Below, piece after piece: positions 38,301-53,300 of a DNA stretch of 64,000 nt. Under the pieces are notes generated by a model, which was not told the origin of the DNA, ran no database searches, and was given only the letters and a program-made list of their open reading frames with translations. The position numbers and the translations under genes were made by a program. This stretch comes from Marsupella aquatica (lineage: Eukaryota > Plantae > Marchantiophyta): positions 27,800,307 to 27,864,306 of the forward strand of contig OZ316892.1 in the NCBI GenBank assembly GCA_973895155.1, given 5' to 3'. Within the stretch, counting starts at the first letter, position 1, and every line of letters starts with the position of its first letter.

Positions 38301-41300
38301 TACACGGTATTTTGCAAGCTCACATGAGATTAGGCTGCACTATACAATTACATGATGAGGCAAGATCTTTGAATGCCCAAGGTAGGACCAGTGATGACAT
38401 CAACTAGACGTATGGGGGAATATGCATGTAATACAGACATGTGATACACAGGTGATAATGATCAGACATACGAGACGAAGAAAGATTTGGGTATGTTCTG
38501 GTCATTCCATGTACAAAGTCACAGCGGGGTTACAAATACGATGATGGAAGCTTGGTTAACACAACAGTCAAAGTCAGGATAAACACCTGTAGACTGGGAG
38601 AGGAAGTTTGTGCAGAAAAGTTCATGACCATAGCAGCAAGCCCATCAGGTAGTGCACTGAGGACACTTCCAATGATCAGAGTCTTTCCAACTCCCACTCG
38701 GCCAACTACAAGACTGTGCTTGCCATGAACAACCAGTGTCTTGACCATAAAATTCACCCGCACCTGCATGATAATATGAGATCAGAATTTTCCGAAAGGA
38801 CCTGTACCGTCAGTACAAAACAGCCAAGTATAATAATTACTCATCCAGGACATAACAATGTCCGAATAGCAGGACCTGAGAGTGAATCTCAAGTTTTGAA
38901 GCCTCACCTGATGACTCATGTCGTTGGCATTTAAGACTGTAAGCACATACCAATCACTTCATCACATTTAAAACAAAACCAATCAAAAGACTGGCAAGGA
39001 AGATGCCAGCAGAGGGAGTGGGTTTTGAACCGTATCAACAGTTGGCACTTGAATTTTGAAGAATGGAGTTCCTGGAGTGATTTTCCAGTTTGGGTTGAGC
39101 TTCTCTTCCCAAAGTGTCAAGACCTTTTTCTTCGGGTCTACCCAGTAGTCAAAGACGGTTCCTGTTGCCGGAAACCTGCAGGGAACACAATGATATGATT
39201 GAATGTTCTACGAAAAACAACGACACAAGCTTCTTGGGTCAAAGATCCTTGTTTGTTTTAGTAAGTCGTCATGTTTGCAATCCATGCTTCTGGCAGGTTC
39301 CACAGCTCCAATTTAAAGACGATTCTTACTGCTGGTACATTTGTTAAATAGTAACACAAGGGACAACTTGGCCAGAGGGAACGAAATGTCAAGACTTACC
39401 TCGGATCAAAATCCCTAATGAACATATCAAACAAGGTTCTACCTTCTTCATCAACACTTGCTCCTATAGACCAAGTGAGACAAAAGAGGAACCAGGTCTC
39501 TATGAACATGATGTACTGCTCTCCTTCCGCTGGATTGATTCCATTCTCAGTAGTTATCAGTGCATCGATCAGTGTACAAAGAGTCACCACACTGTTCAAG
39601 ACATCTATGGGAACCGTTTCTTTACATTTTGTCTGTCTACATTTTGTGGCAGGATCCACATATCTTTCCAACAGTCTGCGTAAAGTTGCAATCATAACCT
39701 GTTGCAATTGACAAACGAAATGCAAGGCTTAGACTTGAGTTCTATTTGTTCAACAATTACTACCTTAACTTGCACATTTTTTAAACCAAGATTTATTGCT
39801 GAGTCGGCAGAGAGCTCGTTGGATTTGAAAGGAGCTCGTAAAAAATGTCAACCCACCGGATCTACTCCAGCTGCCACTTTACGTTGCAACCAAGTCTCAG
39901 CGTATGGCCACCAACCAAGATCCTCAACGTTATAAAATATCATACCAGCACGACTTACTGTTGCAGGAGAAGCTTGCGACAAATCTTCCACCTCAAATAA
40001 CAAGGAAACCTTGAACCAACAGGTAAAACATGATTGTTAGATATTTATTTTCAAATCTCAAAAGAACGAAAACGAAAGGATGAAAGACAAAAGCAGATAG
40101 GATTTAGAAAAGTGTGGATGATACCTGCATTGGCATGTTTATTCGCTCGTTGTTCAAGAGAGTGAGAATCTTGTTGTCATCTAGCAAGGTATTCATCGAT
40201 TCAATCCACAGAGTGTCGACTGGCCCATCAAACATGATCCACTTACAGTCCAAGGACTCATCAGGACAGACTCTCCTCATTATGGATGCTAGGATACCAT
40301 CACACCATTCTCCTGTCAACTTGCTGGTAAAGCCATATATCTCATCATTTGAGAAAGCCAGAGAATTCATTATGTAGACCGTTGTGTGCTCAAAGAAGTC
40401 GCCCTCGATTCCCTGATCTTTCAGGCGACCCTGTGCATTCATCAGACTTCTCCAAGCAACAGTTTTGCCTGATCCAGACTTTCCAACGAGCATATTTCCA
40501 TGCCTAGCTAGCATACAATCATACAACTGCAAGATCACACCATAGAAATTTAGGTGTCAGGGAACATGGAGAACGGTGACATCTGGTACTCAACGCTTTG
40601 TCTAGATTTAACGAATGCTGCACTGGAGCAAGAACCACAGAGTCAGGACACAAAGCTTGGTCTAAGTAGTCTGTACGTGTAATTTATAGCTTTAATATCC
40701 GTTAGGAGCTAACCAAAGTTACGACTCAATCTGACATTCACTTTGCCGGAGTCTGCACTTGGATCCTGGCAAAAGCTGCAGACTTGATCTAGGGTCCAAA
40801 CTAAAATATACATATGTTCAAAAATTTCGTAGTGTTTTGTAACTTACATTCCATTTGCATAGTCTTACTTTCCACAGAGTACCTATGGTTTTACAAAATT
40901 TTGCACATCTTTACATCAGTAATGAGTAGAGTTGATCCATATTGTAGCAGAAAGTCTGATCACTGTTCCTGGTTAGTTGAATGTATTGACACTATAGTTA
41001 GTTGATTTAGACTTTTGATGCATCTAAACTCTCAGGACATACAAACCTGAATAATCTTAGGAATGAAAGCAGGCACAATCTGCAAGCCTCGAGATAAGAG
41101 GTCTTCTTCAATAGCCTTTCTGAGATGATCACTTTCTTTTGGCGCCAACTCTAGACCCGGGAAAAGGTCAGACAACAACGCATTAAATAGTGGAATATCA
41201 GCGTAGACTAGTTTCGGCTTGATCAGATCTCTCATTGAGCGTTGCAAGATTACATCCTCTGGTAGATCCTGGTCAACTCGCTTGGTCATTCCAGCTGCTC

Positions 41301-44300
41301 GGGTTATAGGGATTACAAATGATCGTAGTCCATAGTCATAGTGATCCTGCTTTGACAGTTGTCGTTGGGAAAGCTCCATGATGGCAATGACCTTCTTAGC
41401 AAGTACCTGAGTCAAGGCTTGCAGTTCAATTAAGGAAATTGATGATGATTTGGGTTACAGAAATGAAGCAGACCCTCACTCAAGAAAATTTCGAATTTTA
41501 AAAAGCTGCAAACAAAAGTAGAATCTCAGATTTGGGCACAGTTTCTTCTAAACAAATCTGTCATGGAAGTGCGGCATCTTGAGGGGCAGTGGACTACCTT
41601 AGCAGTTGCAAAACCTTCACTGAACAACATGTTCTCGGCAATCATAGTGAAATCCGGAAGCATCATGGAGACTGGTCTAAGCATTGCTTTCAGATTCTCA
41701 GGCAGCTCACTACGACCTGCATATCCAGGGTTCATTGTCACAAAGATTCCGCATGTCATAATCAGGCGCATCTCCACTCCTTCAAACACGAATCGCTCCA
41801 GTCCAAGCTTGATGGCACTCATCACCGCAGCAATTTGTGTTGCCACCACAGACAGGACCTCCACTTCTATCCTGTTAAACTCGTCAAGACATGCCCAAGC
41901 TCCGGTTTGTGCCAATCCAGCAAACATAGTTCCTGTCATTTTGTAATCAACTCCGTCTGAGCAGTTGAAAACTATCACATATCTGCAGTCAAATGGTCGT
42001 ATGCCATTAGCCACAAGCTCTTTGAAAAAATAGGATCGCCATGATACTCAATCCCTCATAGACGGTAGATGCAGCAATTCCAAAAGAACAAATTGAATTA
42101 TTGAGTCTATTCAAATGGAAAATATTCGCATGGTTGAGTCTTCCAAATGAAAGAAAAATTTAATTGAGTGGCTCAGTAGTTTAGGCAAAGCCTGTTCCTG
42201 TTCTTCTCTGCTTTCTATGAGCGTTTTACGCAGAAAACGGGCCCATCCCGCAATTTGTTTTATATTATGCCTCATGGTTGTGAATATTAATGGATATTTC
42301 TGCTGTATTCTGCTTCCAGGGTTGGTTACATATGAGGTCGTACTTCTCTCGTTTCTATGTCCCCATAAAACATGGAACAATAACATATGGTGCTGGAGAT
42401 TCACAGTGAAACAACAGAGATTACACTATTTTTTTATACCTTGCAAGACCTTTTCCAAAGTCCTTCACTGTTTCTGTCTTCCCTGTTCCTGCAGGGCCTA
42501 GAGGATTCCCTCCTCTTCTAGTGAACAGAGCAGCTCCTAGGGTGATATAGCAACGATCTGTGAGGGGAGTAACCACCAGGCGACCATTGTTGCCTTGATA
42601 CTCATAACCGTAAGTAAAAACTGATAAGACCTGCAGATGAGTGCAAACGGGAACAAAATGCCACAATTCGGAGTTACCAAAGTAACGTAACTGTTATAAG
42701 CATGGAACACCAACGTGGATTCGTTCTGTGCTTTCAATTGATTGGCATCATTGATTCTGCATCTTCTTCTAATCATGAGAATCATTAAGTGGGTTATTTT
42801 AGCTGTGGCCATCTGGTTAAAGTCTCGCAAAACCGCCTATCAAGGGTTCTCAAACTTCGAAACTTGGCTGCACATAGCTCCGGGTTCAGATATTCAAGTT
42901 AAAAATGATAACTGGTAGAGAGTTCTATGCTTGCTGGACTGGTTAGTAGTTACCTGCTTGATTGCCACAGTATTATTCTCCCAGTAAAATCTTAGCTGAG
43001 AAGACCACTCAAAGTCATTTGGTGACGCACATCCCACTTTCAGTAGTTTCTCCAGCACATCACGAGCATGTACCTCAATGGTGATCAGAGCTGTCTGGTA
43101 ATCAGGGAAGAAATCCAAATCTCTTAATATGGAGGTTGTAATCAGTCTCTATCTCACTGAGCGGGACCACAAATAATTGTCTGTCATCTCACTGTGTGAA
43201 GACTCGGTAGTTTGCTGTCAATTGTATGCTCTACAATGCGGGATAAAGTGTCTAACAATTTAAGCTGAATTATTTTTTGTGAATTGCTACGGGCGAAGCG
43301 ATGTGGAAAACCTCAGACGTAAATTCTCGTTGTCAGAGGCTCTTTCATTTGCTTTTCAGCAATTTTTGTGATTTTCAAAAGTACACTGTATATGTTTCCT
43401 GGTACAATTTACATGCGGTGCCATACCACTTTGTTTCGATCGATTCTTGACAGCTTCACGCGAGTCATAGCAGTGAGTTTATTTAGGTAGCTAATCCACT
43501 TCTTATAAAGTTTCCGTAGAGCTCCTTTGCTTCCAGCTGCCAAGGCTGTGAGAGCCCGTTCAGAGTCTGCTGTCCATTTTATCTGCCCAGCCCTGTTTAG
43601 TTGGCAAGCCATCCAACATCAGCGTTTTTCCAGTACAACATATCAATTTGGATTAGAGATGATTAGAGATGAAAAGCATACCGATGTGATTGTTTTTCTT
43701 TTCTTTTCTTTTCTTTTCTTTTCTTTTCGTTTCGTTTCTTTTAGTTAATTTACTTTTAAGCAAACAATCCTAACATATTAATCGATTTATGAATTGACTC
43801 AGAACATAGAATTCTAGTGCTAAAATTCAAGTAATGCTCACGTGATACAGCACTGTCCAGGGTTCTCCCGCAGCCACTTATCCTTTTTCGGTGTTTTAGT
43901 TTCTTCAAGACATTTGAAAAGGTGAACTTTCACAGCACCTTGCATTGCTGTTTCAACCTATTCGAGAAATTCAACAAGTTTAATATCGCGCAGCTACAAT
44001 TGTGCTAGCTTCGACTCTAACTGCCGTTGTTGACTTCAGGAAATTGGTCAGACGAGTCCTGTCAGGCTTTCTTGTTATGATGATTCAGCTTCCAGAGGCA
44101 GATTGGACGTTACGCTTTTCTTCGGCAATTTATATTGGAATTGTGCACGAGACATGAGGAAGTGGGTAAATCCGGATGAGAGGCTGCACTCAACATGACT
44201 GGTACAGCAAAAGCAAAGATTATATTAGAGGTTACCAGGTTCAGCCACTCTTCTGGTCGACCGTCCAGAACAACAGGTGTAGCATAAGGCAGATACTCTC

Positions 44301-47300
44301 CATCTGGAGAAAATATCCCCGAAGCCTCATAGTGACGTCGACCATCTTTGCCAGGTTCATGCATTTCCAGTTTTTTTATTCCTTCATAACATTTTTTCAA
44401 ATGTGGCTGTAGATGACGATAAACAACTTGAGTTTTCAGCGCTCTCGATTGAAATATGGATGGATCAAGTAAAAAGTCACAGAAGCTTCTGTTTTGGTGG
44501 GGACGTATTCGAAAGAACTTCAATGGGGAGTTCGCTGCAAGGAAACAATTATCACCTGGACATTGCGAGGGTCCTTAGCTTGGCCAAGAATGTCGAGAAG
44601 ATTTTCGTTGGAGAGAAAGTAGAACCGTGGAAACTGCTGCCTTTTGTTTTCTAAATAGTTGTCTAGAGACTTTTGAATTTTCTCCAGATTCTGATCCATA
44701 GTGTTGAATCTTTCTAAGAGTCCAGGTTTGCAGATTGCTTTAAGTGCAACTTTTGTTACCTGTTAAAACTCAAACCAACATGCTGTCAAAACTCACTCGA
44801 CCTGGATTAATTCCTCAAGCAAGAGTCACTCAACGTAGAGATGCTTGGCTTTGTTTCTCTTGAGATCCTAGTTTTCACAATTTTTCACGGGGAACACTCT
44901 GAACAGCAACCGTTGGTATTGTCTGGGTTGGTCCCTGTTATACTTGACGTGGGGAGGAGCCAAGTGCCAGGTACATGTAATCTACAAACATTTGAGTAGT
45001 GACGACGTTGACAGAAGGAGAGTACTTGCCCCAATCTCTGTTATCGTACTCAAGAATAGATCGTTGACTGCGTCAAATTCGGCAGATTCCCCAGGTAATT
45101 GCTTGCGGATGTCTTCAGAGCCAATAAATATATTTTGCAAATAAGCCCATGATTTTTGTACCTGATTCCAATTGTATATGTGTCAGCTGCCGATCAAGTT
45201 TACAGCACAAAAAGCAAAACCTCCTAAAATTGGGCAAATAATGTAGCGCTGCTGCTTTAGTCGAGATGTTCCCAAATTTCAAGAAACGCCCCTAAGCCCT
45301 TAAAGGACAAATCACAAGCTGTTTTGCTCCAGATTGTTCAAAAATATTCCAGAGCAAGATTCGTAAAGATGGCACAATACAGTCAATTGTTATACCTGCC
45401 AGATCATTTCCACTGTTTCTGACAAAAGCGCTAAGTCCTTTTCCCATTTATTAATGCTGCCAGCAAAATGAATGTGGAACCGATTTGCTTTCATAGAGGA
45501 TAGTGTCAGCCTATTCTCCTCCAGTTGTGCAAATATCTCATCAGTTCCCCTGAGCCTCCATACCTACACATTTAGAAATAAAGTTGCCAGGTCAATGCTC
45601 TATCTTAAACAATTACGACGCCATCCTTCAGAGGACCCGGCTGCCTTCTGAAGTTACTCATTCTAGGGTCTCGTCTTATTAATGTAACACAGCTTCGAGT
45701 CTTGAGCATTTTAGTTTGTAAAACATGATTTGCTTAAAAGCTATTGGCAATGGACAGATGGAGGCACCCCCTTGTCTTCAACCATATCGAGCTCAAACGT
45801 GGTCCACACTTCGGCAATCTTGGCTATGCTTTCCTCTATTGCAAGCTCCTTGCTAGCAGCAACACTTAGCTCACAAATAAATTCAGCATGAAGGTCCAGT
45901 CGCAGCTCAGCAACCTGCCATTCGACGTAGAACAATTCAGGCAGATAACACACATAGTCCATAATTTCTACGATACAAACAGGGTAGTTTAACGATGACA
46001 AAGCTTTATTAAAAGGAAATGTGACCCTGCAATGTTTCTCACGTGAAGGCAGGTCTAGCTGTATACATGTCAAAGACATCCAGCCAACATTTACCTCACC
46101 TCCTAACTTGCGATGATGGGTTTAGGGTGATGAGGGCAGATTACCTTAGCTAAAGTAAAGTCCTTGGATTCTGGATCAAAAAATGACCCAACGTGTTCCA
46201 CCAACTTATCCCAATGTCGTTTTCTCATTGCCCGGTTTCGTAGATCCACCGTGAGAGGCAATGTAGTTTTGAACGCGTCCATGGTCTCCTTAAGAGCTGA
46301 CCATACCCCCCAGCTAAACAAAGATGTTTCCAGTCAGTCGTGTTTGTCACTCTCCCTTCAAATCGGTGAGCCTTTCCTCAATATAAGCCGAGCTAATAGA
46401 ATTTATCCTGACTGTTGTCGTAATCTCTTGCTTACGCTCACATAATTGATACTGTAAACAGAATTTCAGACTTGAACGAAAATGTGAACTTCAGCATTTT
46501 ACACATTTTAAGGGATTCATACAGTTTTATGCGTACTTCACATGGAGCTACAGATACGTACACATGTTTTACAAATATGTTCTTACATTTCTACACTTCT
46601 TTTACGCAAACTTTCATAAAAGTTGAACGTGACCAACAACATATGTAAAGTTGGAACAGTTAGTGCAATCTTACGTTTTGGTGTCACGGCCAATCTTGAA
46701 CACACGCTTACTCATGGTCTGTGCAACGGTCTCCATGGTAGGAACATCAAGCTCACTGAATAGTCCATCTTTCCAGCTGTCAAAGTGTTCTTCCCACTCC
46801 CGCTTGAGACCCCACATATTTTGGAGTAACTCGAGGTCTTTCAATGTTTGTGAGTTTTCCTTGTTAGAAAGCTTTTCCATACCAAAAAGGCTCATTCCTG
46901 CCCACAAATCTACTCCACGTTGCTGGTTGGCTTGCACCTGTTACATTGGAAAAAATGGATACGATTTCAGGATGGGATTTTGGAGCCGAGGAGAATATGA
47001 CTCGTAGATATAGCTCTGAGATGGAGCTGAACCAGGTTTGAAACAAATTTCCTCCAGGGCCATATAGTAGCTGTTGATCTTATTAGAACGTTGGCTTAAC
47101 ATATTGGGAAGAAACTGCAAAAATAAAACTATTTTGAAGTGCAAAATATTGGAAAGAATATGAAGGCACTTGAGAGAACAGAGACCTTTGCACGCTCCTC
47201 CTCTATAAACTTGAAGGCATCAGCAACCGACGTTGCAGTACTCATTGGCATGCGCTCGACAAAAGAAGCCCTGGCTTCAGCGATCTGCGTGAAAAATGTG

Positions 47301-50300
47301 CAAGGTCAGATAGGTTTAATCATACTTGTCATGGGCAGCAGTTTTACAAATCTCTCTTGAGAAAGAGTAAAAGAATCTTCAAAGTCAGCTTAAACAGCAC
47401 ATTATGAAAATTGACAACCTGATATCATGTTATGAAAAGTACAACTTACCTCTGCCACAAAGCTATCCACCATCCTTGAAAGAGTGTCTCGAAAATTGTT
47501 CTTTGCTGCCTCTAGTTTCTGTTCCACACTGGCCAGCATGACATTAAACTCCTCCCACTTGGCGGGAAGGCTTTCCAAAAGAGCTTTTTCTTCATCAGCG
47601 ACGGGCACCTGCAATAAAGGCACTCTGTCATTCCACACAAGCATGATGCAGGATACGCTTCGATGTGTGAATTTTGCATCATTGATAGGCCTGAAAGTGT
47701 CTCGGTTCAATTCAACTCGGTTCAATTCAATTTTGCCTGTAACTGTGGCAATAAACAAGGCCTAGTAAACACTTACTATTCGTTTTACATTGAGAATCAA
47801 ACGCAATCACTGGATCCTGTCTTCGCATCCATGAGCGAAGGCTGTAAATGTATACGGATTGCAATGATACCTCAAATTTGGCAAGAACTTTGTATTTATC
47901 CTCGAGTGGTGCAAAGCGAGCTTCGGTTGCTGCGCCTTCCTCCTTCACAGCCTTCCACTTAGTGGCCGTTGCTGTCAACATGTCCAAGTTCTCAGGCGGA
48001 ATGTTCAACATGGTATTGGCGCTGCAGTCAGTCAAAATGGTAGGTAAGCGTTACTTTTTGACTTACACTCTTCATCGAAAGAGAGCTAATTCTTGAATAA
48101 TTTCCAAACGCTCAAACCTGGAGTTATTCTAAAAAGCAGAACGTGCCCAACAAAACCATGATTTAAAAAAAATGATAGAACAGTGAAGGCAAGAGAAATA
48201 CAAAACTGAAAACTAAACCCGGAATACTTCTCGATGCGATAGGGAACAGAAACCAGGCCTTCAAATTTCATTTAGGGTCTTATGCACGTTATGGGTACTT
48301 ACGTCTGCAGGTAGGTATGTATGGCCTCCAATTCTGTCTTCGCTATTTGGTTCAACAAAGTTCTGTAGAAAAATGCAGAGGGTAAATTTTTCAGTAAGGA
48401 AAACAGTCAGGTCCCTGGCTGTTGCCAGTGTCTTGTTACTGCTGCAAGGCAATAACATTGCCGATCATATCTATGACTCCAACGGCCATGACACTAATAA
48501 ATGTCAGCGAGGATTTGAATCAGGAAAGTTTGAGATGGGCAATACTAGAGGCGTATTGGCCACCAGGCGGGTACTGCACATAAAAAGAGGGTGTCAAGGC
48601 AGACACGAAGGCCTAAGCCCAATGAACGGATGGGGACATCTGAGCAACAAGAACTTACGTAAACTTAACAACCCAGGCTTCACAATGTGTGATGATTGAC
48701 TGCTTCAAGACGCCAGACTCAATCCTCAGAAACCGCAGGTTCGTTATGGCCTCTTCTGCCTGTATTGTAATTTATCAACAATGTCAGGAGGCATGGAATG
48801 TCGGCAATTACTTCCGATTGATTCAGCGGAAAGTTGCTCACCTAAGATTTCTGGAGCCAGGGAAATAGACAAGAACCCAATTCGTGCCTCTAATCTCATG
48901 ACGGCCTTTGCTTTCCCATTCTCATGATAGAAACTCACCCATCTGTTACAAATGCTCTGCACAAATTATTTCTATCTCCACATCATAGCTACTGTCCATT
49001 CCTCCAGAGATAGGGACCATCAAGTCAAACAATTCACAACATACTTTATTAGTTACAGGATGACATAAGCTCCTTATACTCAACCCAAACCTCTCTATCC
49101 CAAAACAATACCTGCACGTCTTCTATCAAATCCTTGTACTTGATAATGTCGGCCTCGAAAGCCGACAGAGGTTTCTTTGCCCGTTCATACCTGAATGAAA
49201 CGCTTGAATCAAGGTACTGAGCTGTACCTGGGTAACATTATTCATTTATCCAACCGATTTTTAATTCCACCAATTACACGAAAGGTGCAGGGGAACAAAA
49301 GTAAAGGTGATGAGAACTCAGAAGTATTCTCCCATCGAAGTTGATTTCAGATGCGCTCACTCACCGACGAATGTAAGCATCCTTGTCCTGGTCCCAGACA
49401 CTTTTGAACTTTTTCTCCCATGACTGCAGGAATTGCTGCACTTTATCATTAAGAGAGAGAACTGCTGATGTGATAACCGTGATAATATCTTCCTGATCAG
49501 GGGCAATAACCTACAGACAGTGCAGGGACTAATATCAATACCACGTTACAAATTAGCTCAATTGTTTAGGGCATGGTTGCTTGAATTCACAGAAGCCGAT
49601 GCCAAGCTGAGTGCTCTCTTCACCAATCAACATGTTTGGCATTTTGAAATTAGCCTTGTCAAGATCACAGATATTCACCCGGCTTGTACCTCGTAAAAAC
49701 TTGGCAGTGATTTCTGAGACATTGACGTATTTGATGAGGGTGTTGCAGCCTGTAGCTTAGCATCAACCTTGGCCGATGAAGGTGATGAGTGAGATTGCAT
49801 GTGATCTCCTTTCTGCTGTTTTATCTGACTTTTCTCTGATGATGAAGTAGTTTTTTCAGAGGATATAGATGGAGCATGAGGCTTTCCAGTCTTCGAGTCA
49901 ATGATCAGACCTGCTTGTGTGCGCAACCGAGGAACCACAGATATCACAGCAACTAGCTCTCTTGCCACCATTTGAACGATTTCCAGGATTTCCTGCCCAG
50001 AGCAAAGAAAGGCTTAGAGATGGGTAATCTGTTCTTGATAATCACTTGTGTGCAGAACTCGGATATGAAATATAATCAGAGAGTAGCAGGAGGGCATTGG
50101 CATTGAAAGTGATAATAACTGCCAACCTGTATTGAAGGGGAAATTTTCACATGGCCAGAGGCTTTATCCAAAGAAGCCAAAGTGTTGAAGACAGGATTTA
50201 GCATTTTCGCTTCTGTACTCAAGGCCTTGGAAAGTTCCTGTAGTGACCTCATTACCGAAGACCTTAAAGCTCTCTCCATCTCAACTTCAACCTGTAGATG

Positions 50301-53300
50301 CCACAAACCAAAAAAATTGTAAAGGTTCTTCTCCCATTCTACTAATATCCCATAGAGAGATGGCGTTGGAATTTGGAAGTACCTTTCTCCTATATTCCTC
50401 CCATTTGCTCCTCACATCTTCGGATTCACTTGCACATTTTTCGTAAGAGATCCCTATTGTGTCTTTGATCATATTGTAAGTTTTCTGAAGTCGTTCTCGT
50501 GCTGCCTCACGGTGGCTTGCCTGTTTGCTTTCAAAGTCATTTATGTCATATACTTTCTTCTTCTCCATTTTAATTAGCCAGTATTCACTGATAATCACAC
50601 AGTACTGAGTGATCCTCTTGTTGGATCCTTCAATCTGCAGTATTGTGGCCTCCACTACGTGGCATTTGACACGGACATCATGAAGGAAGTTCAATAGCTC
50701 GTCACTGCTTGAGAGCCACGTGAGCTATGGCACAAACATTGGAAAAGCGGAGTTAGAGTCAGTTGCCCAGAGGTATGCAAGACATGTATTGGTAGGTTGC
50801 AAAGGCATTACCAAAAATCATCTGCAAAGTAAGCTTCGATAGTTTCTAGAATAACCATCTGATTTAAAGTAAGCAAGGTGTGGTTTCCTTCGCAACTACT
50901 GCAAAGAGCTTTCCATAACAGGGGAAAGCAATAGCTTGCAATTTTGGCACCTTGTCCAAGCCAGGGCGAACACTGTTGTCAAGCTGAAGTACACGGTCTG
51001 AGACTAAACCTCGCATCACTGGATCCATACCTCCTAGTAGCTGCATCCAAGAATGCAGAGGACCAGAACGAGCCAAATGCTGAAATTAGGCACTTAACAT
51101 AACTCCAAGCGTCCTCAAATTGATCAGGATGGCAATGAGACTGTGAATGTAACCACGTGAAAATCAAATAATAGTCGCTTAATTGAATGCGCAAACCTTA
51201 TTGTAGTCACGAGCAACAAGGAGAACATTGGTGCGCAAAACCCACACGTCTGGATGATTGGTCAAAAACTCCGTGGCAAAGCGTGGAATTTCAAATCCCA
51301 AGACTGTCCAATAGTGCACCTGACCCCGCAGTCATAATTGTACCTCCAAAACTTAATGGAAACTGAAGCTGATATAATCCTCAAAGACAGACAAATGCTT
51401 GCATGGAATGTGAAAGGAAAAAATCTTAAGGGCCACAGATAGCTGTTTGGGGCAGGCAGGCAAAAGGAACTCTATGGAGGACATTAGTAGCAGTCATTGT
51501 GTTCCCCACCCAGACTTCCATTTGTGTCCAACCCATGGAATTAGTCAATCTACTGAGATCATCGAATCCGTGAAATTTAAGATAAACTTTGAAATTTCAC
51601 CTCATGAAAGAGTGTCAATAAGCTTGGATCAAATTTCAGCACCACAACACCTTCTCCAGCTTCATCCAACAGGTTTTTCTCCAGTTTCTTTGTATAATGA
51701 GGATCCCCACTCTGTGTCCATTCAGCGTGCTGACTGTGTACAAACTGCAGCATTACAATCAGCCAAATCTGTGAATACGTCTGAACTCATAAATACAACC
51801 CCCAAACTGTGGTACAGCTGCTACTATTATGGATCGCAGTTCCAAAAGTGCACAGCTTTGGTCAAACAGCAGGTGAACGTCCCCGTCGTTAACCTGACCT
51901 GGTCAATGGAGGTTACTATATGATTGTATTGGATAGTAAGGTCAGGACGATCATAATCTTCCAGCAAATAGGGTGCAGCTTCAAGTAAGAGCGCCATGGG
52001 CTTCTTGAGTCTACGTTCAAAGTGCAATGACCAAATTGCAGAACCAGCATACTGTGGGAATGAGAAGTCCATCAGAGGTCGCCTACGCAATTGATCAAAC
52101 TGTTTTTTTAACATAGCCAGTTCCGTCCCAAACGCTGTAAAAACCTGCCATACAATGTTATAAGAGAAACTTAAAATTTGAGTTCATCGTAGTGGAACAA
52201 ACTCTTCCAGGTAAACAAGTGAAAACAACTTAGGATGCATACCCGCACCACTTTTGTTACCGAAGGTCTCTCCTGTGTGATATTTACTCACATTCCCCTC
52301 TCTCTGATAGCTTGAAAGGATGACGTGTTTTTCGCTAGCTTCATGGCCAATCTTGTTTAAGAGAATTAATGATAAGTTCCAACTTCAATCAAAACACCGC
52401 TCACAGAAGAGATGGCGAACCTCCACTCATTGGATTGGAACTCAATTTTTATGCCTAGCTTCTCTCTGTTATTCCTGTCCAATCTTCCACTGGGATTATG
52501 GACCATAAAGCACTGAATCATTCGCTGTCAAGGGTTACCAGTAGATCATTACTTGCTCGGTCATTTTCTCCACGCAATGGCGAATCGGTGCCCGGCAAGC
52601 CATTAGCTTGAATGCTTCCAGTAACTCAATACTTTCTGACAGTGATGATGCATGTCGGAAACCCATCAACATGGTATTTTGCATCATGACCTGCAAGTAA
52701 GTTTTAATTAGTTTTTTCAAGTGCAGCAGCATTGTTCAAAAAGGAGCCCTAAGACAGCAGACAATGGACAACTGGAAAGCTGAGTAGAAATAAAGCAGAG
52801 TCCAACAAAACTTTTGAGTACTCTTGTTTTTTTCCTTTACTTTGACTTGTGTACTCTTTATGTATAGGAAACGAATTAAGTGACGGACGGTCCGGAACTC
52901 TAACATGTAGGGCTCAAACATGTCTCATAGGCTGTACATCAAATGTCCGTTGTGATGCCAAAGACGACGCTCTGTGACTTGTCATGTGAATAGTTCAGAA
53001 GAATCACCTCCAAATCAGTAGCCCCCTCCTTAAAATCATGAAAGTCATCGTGCCAGCTAGTAACCTTCACATCCAGGAGATTGTAGGAGAGAGCCCGCAT
53101 GTGGTTGACCAACTTGTGAAAGGTGTCTTGAGAGTCTGTCAATGACTTCGTTAACTCCAGACCTCTTGAACCTCCAAAGGCTGGCAACTTTAAGTTGCGA
53201 GAAAACTGGCTCTGGGCATCACAGACCTGTGACAGGAAATATTTCGCACCGTTAGCTGTCAAACGAGCAGGGCAGCCCATAATACTACACATCCACAGGA

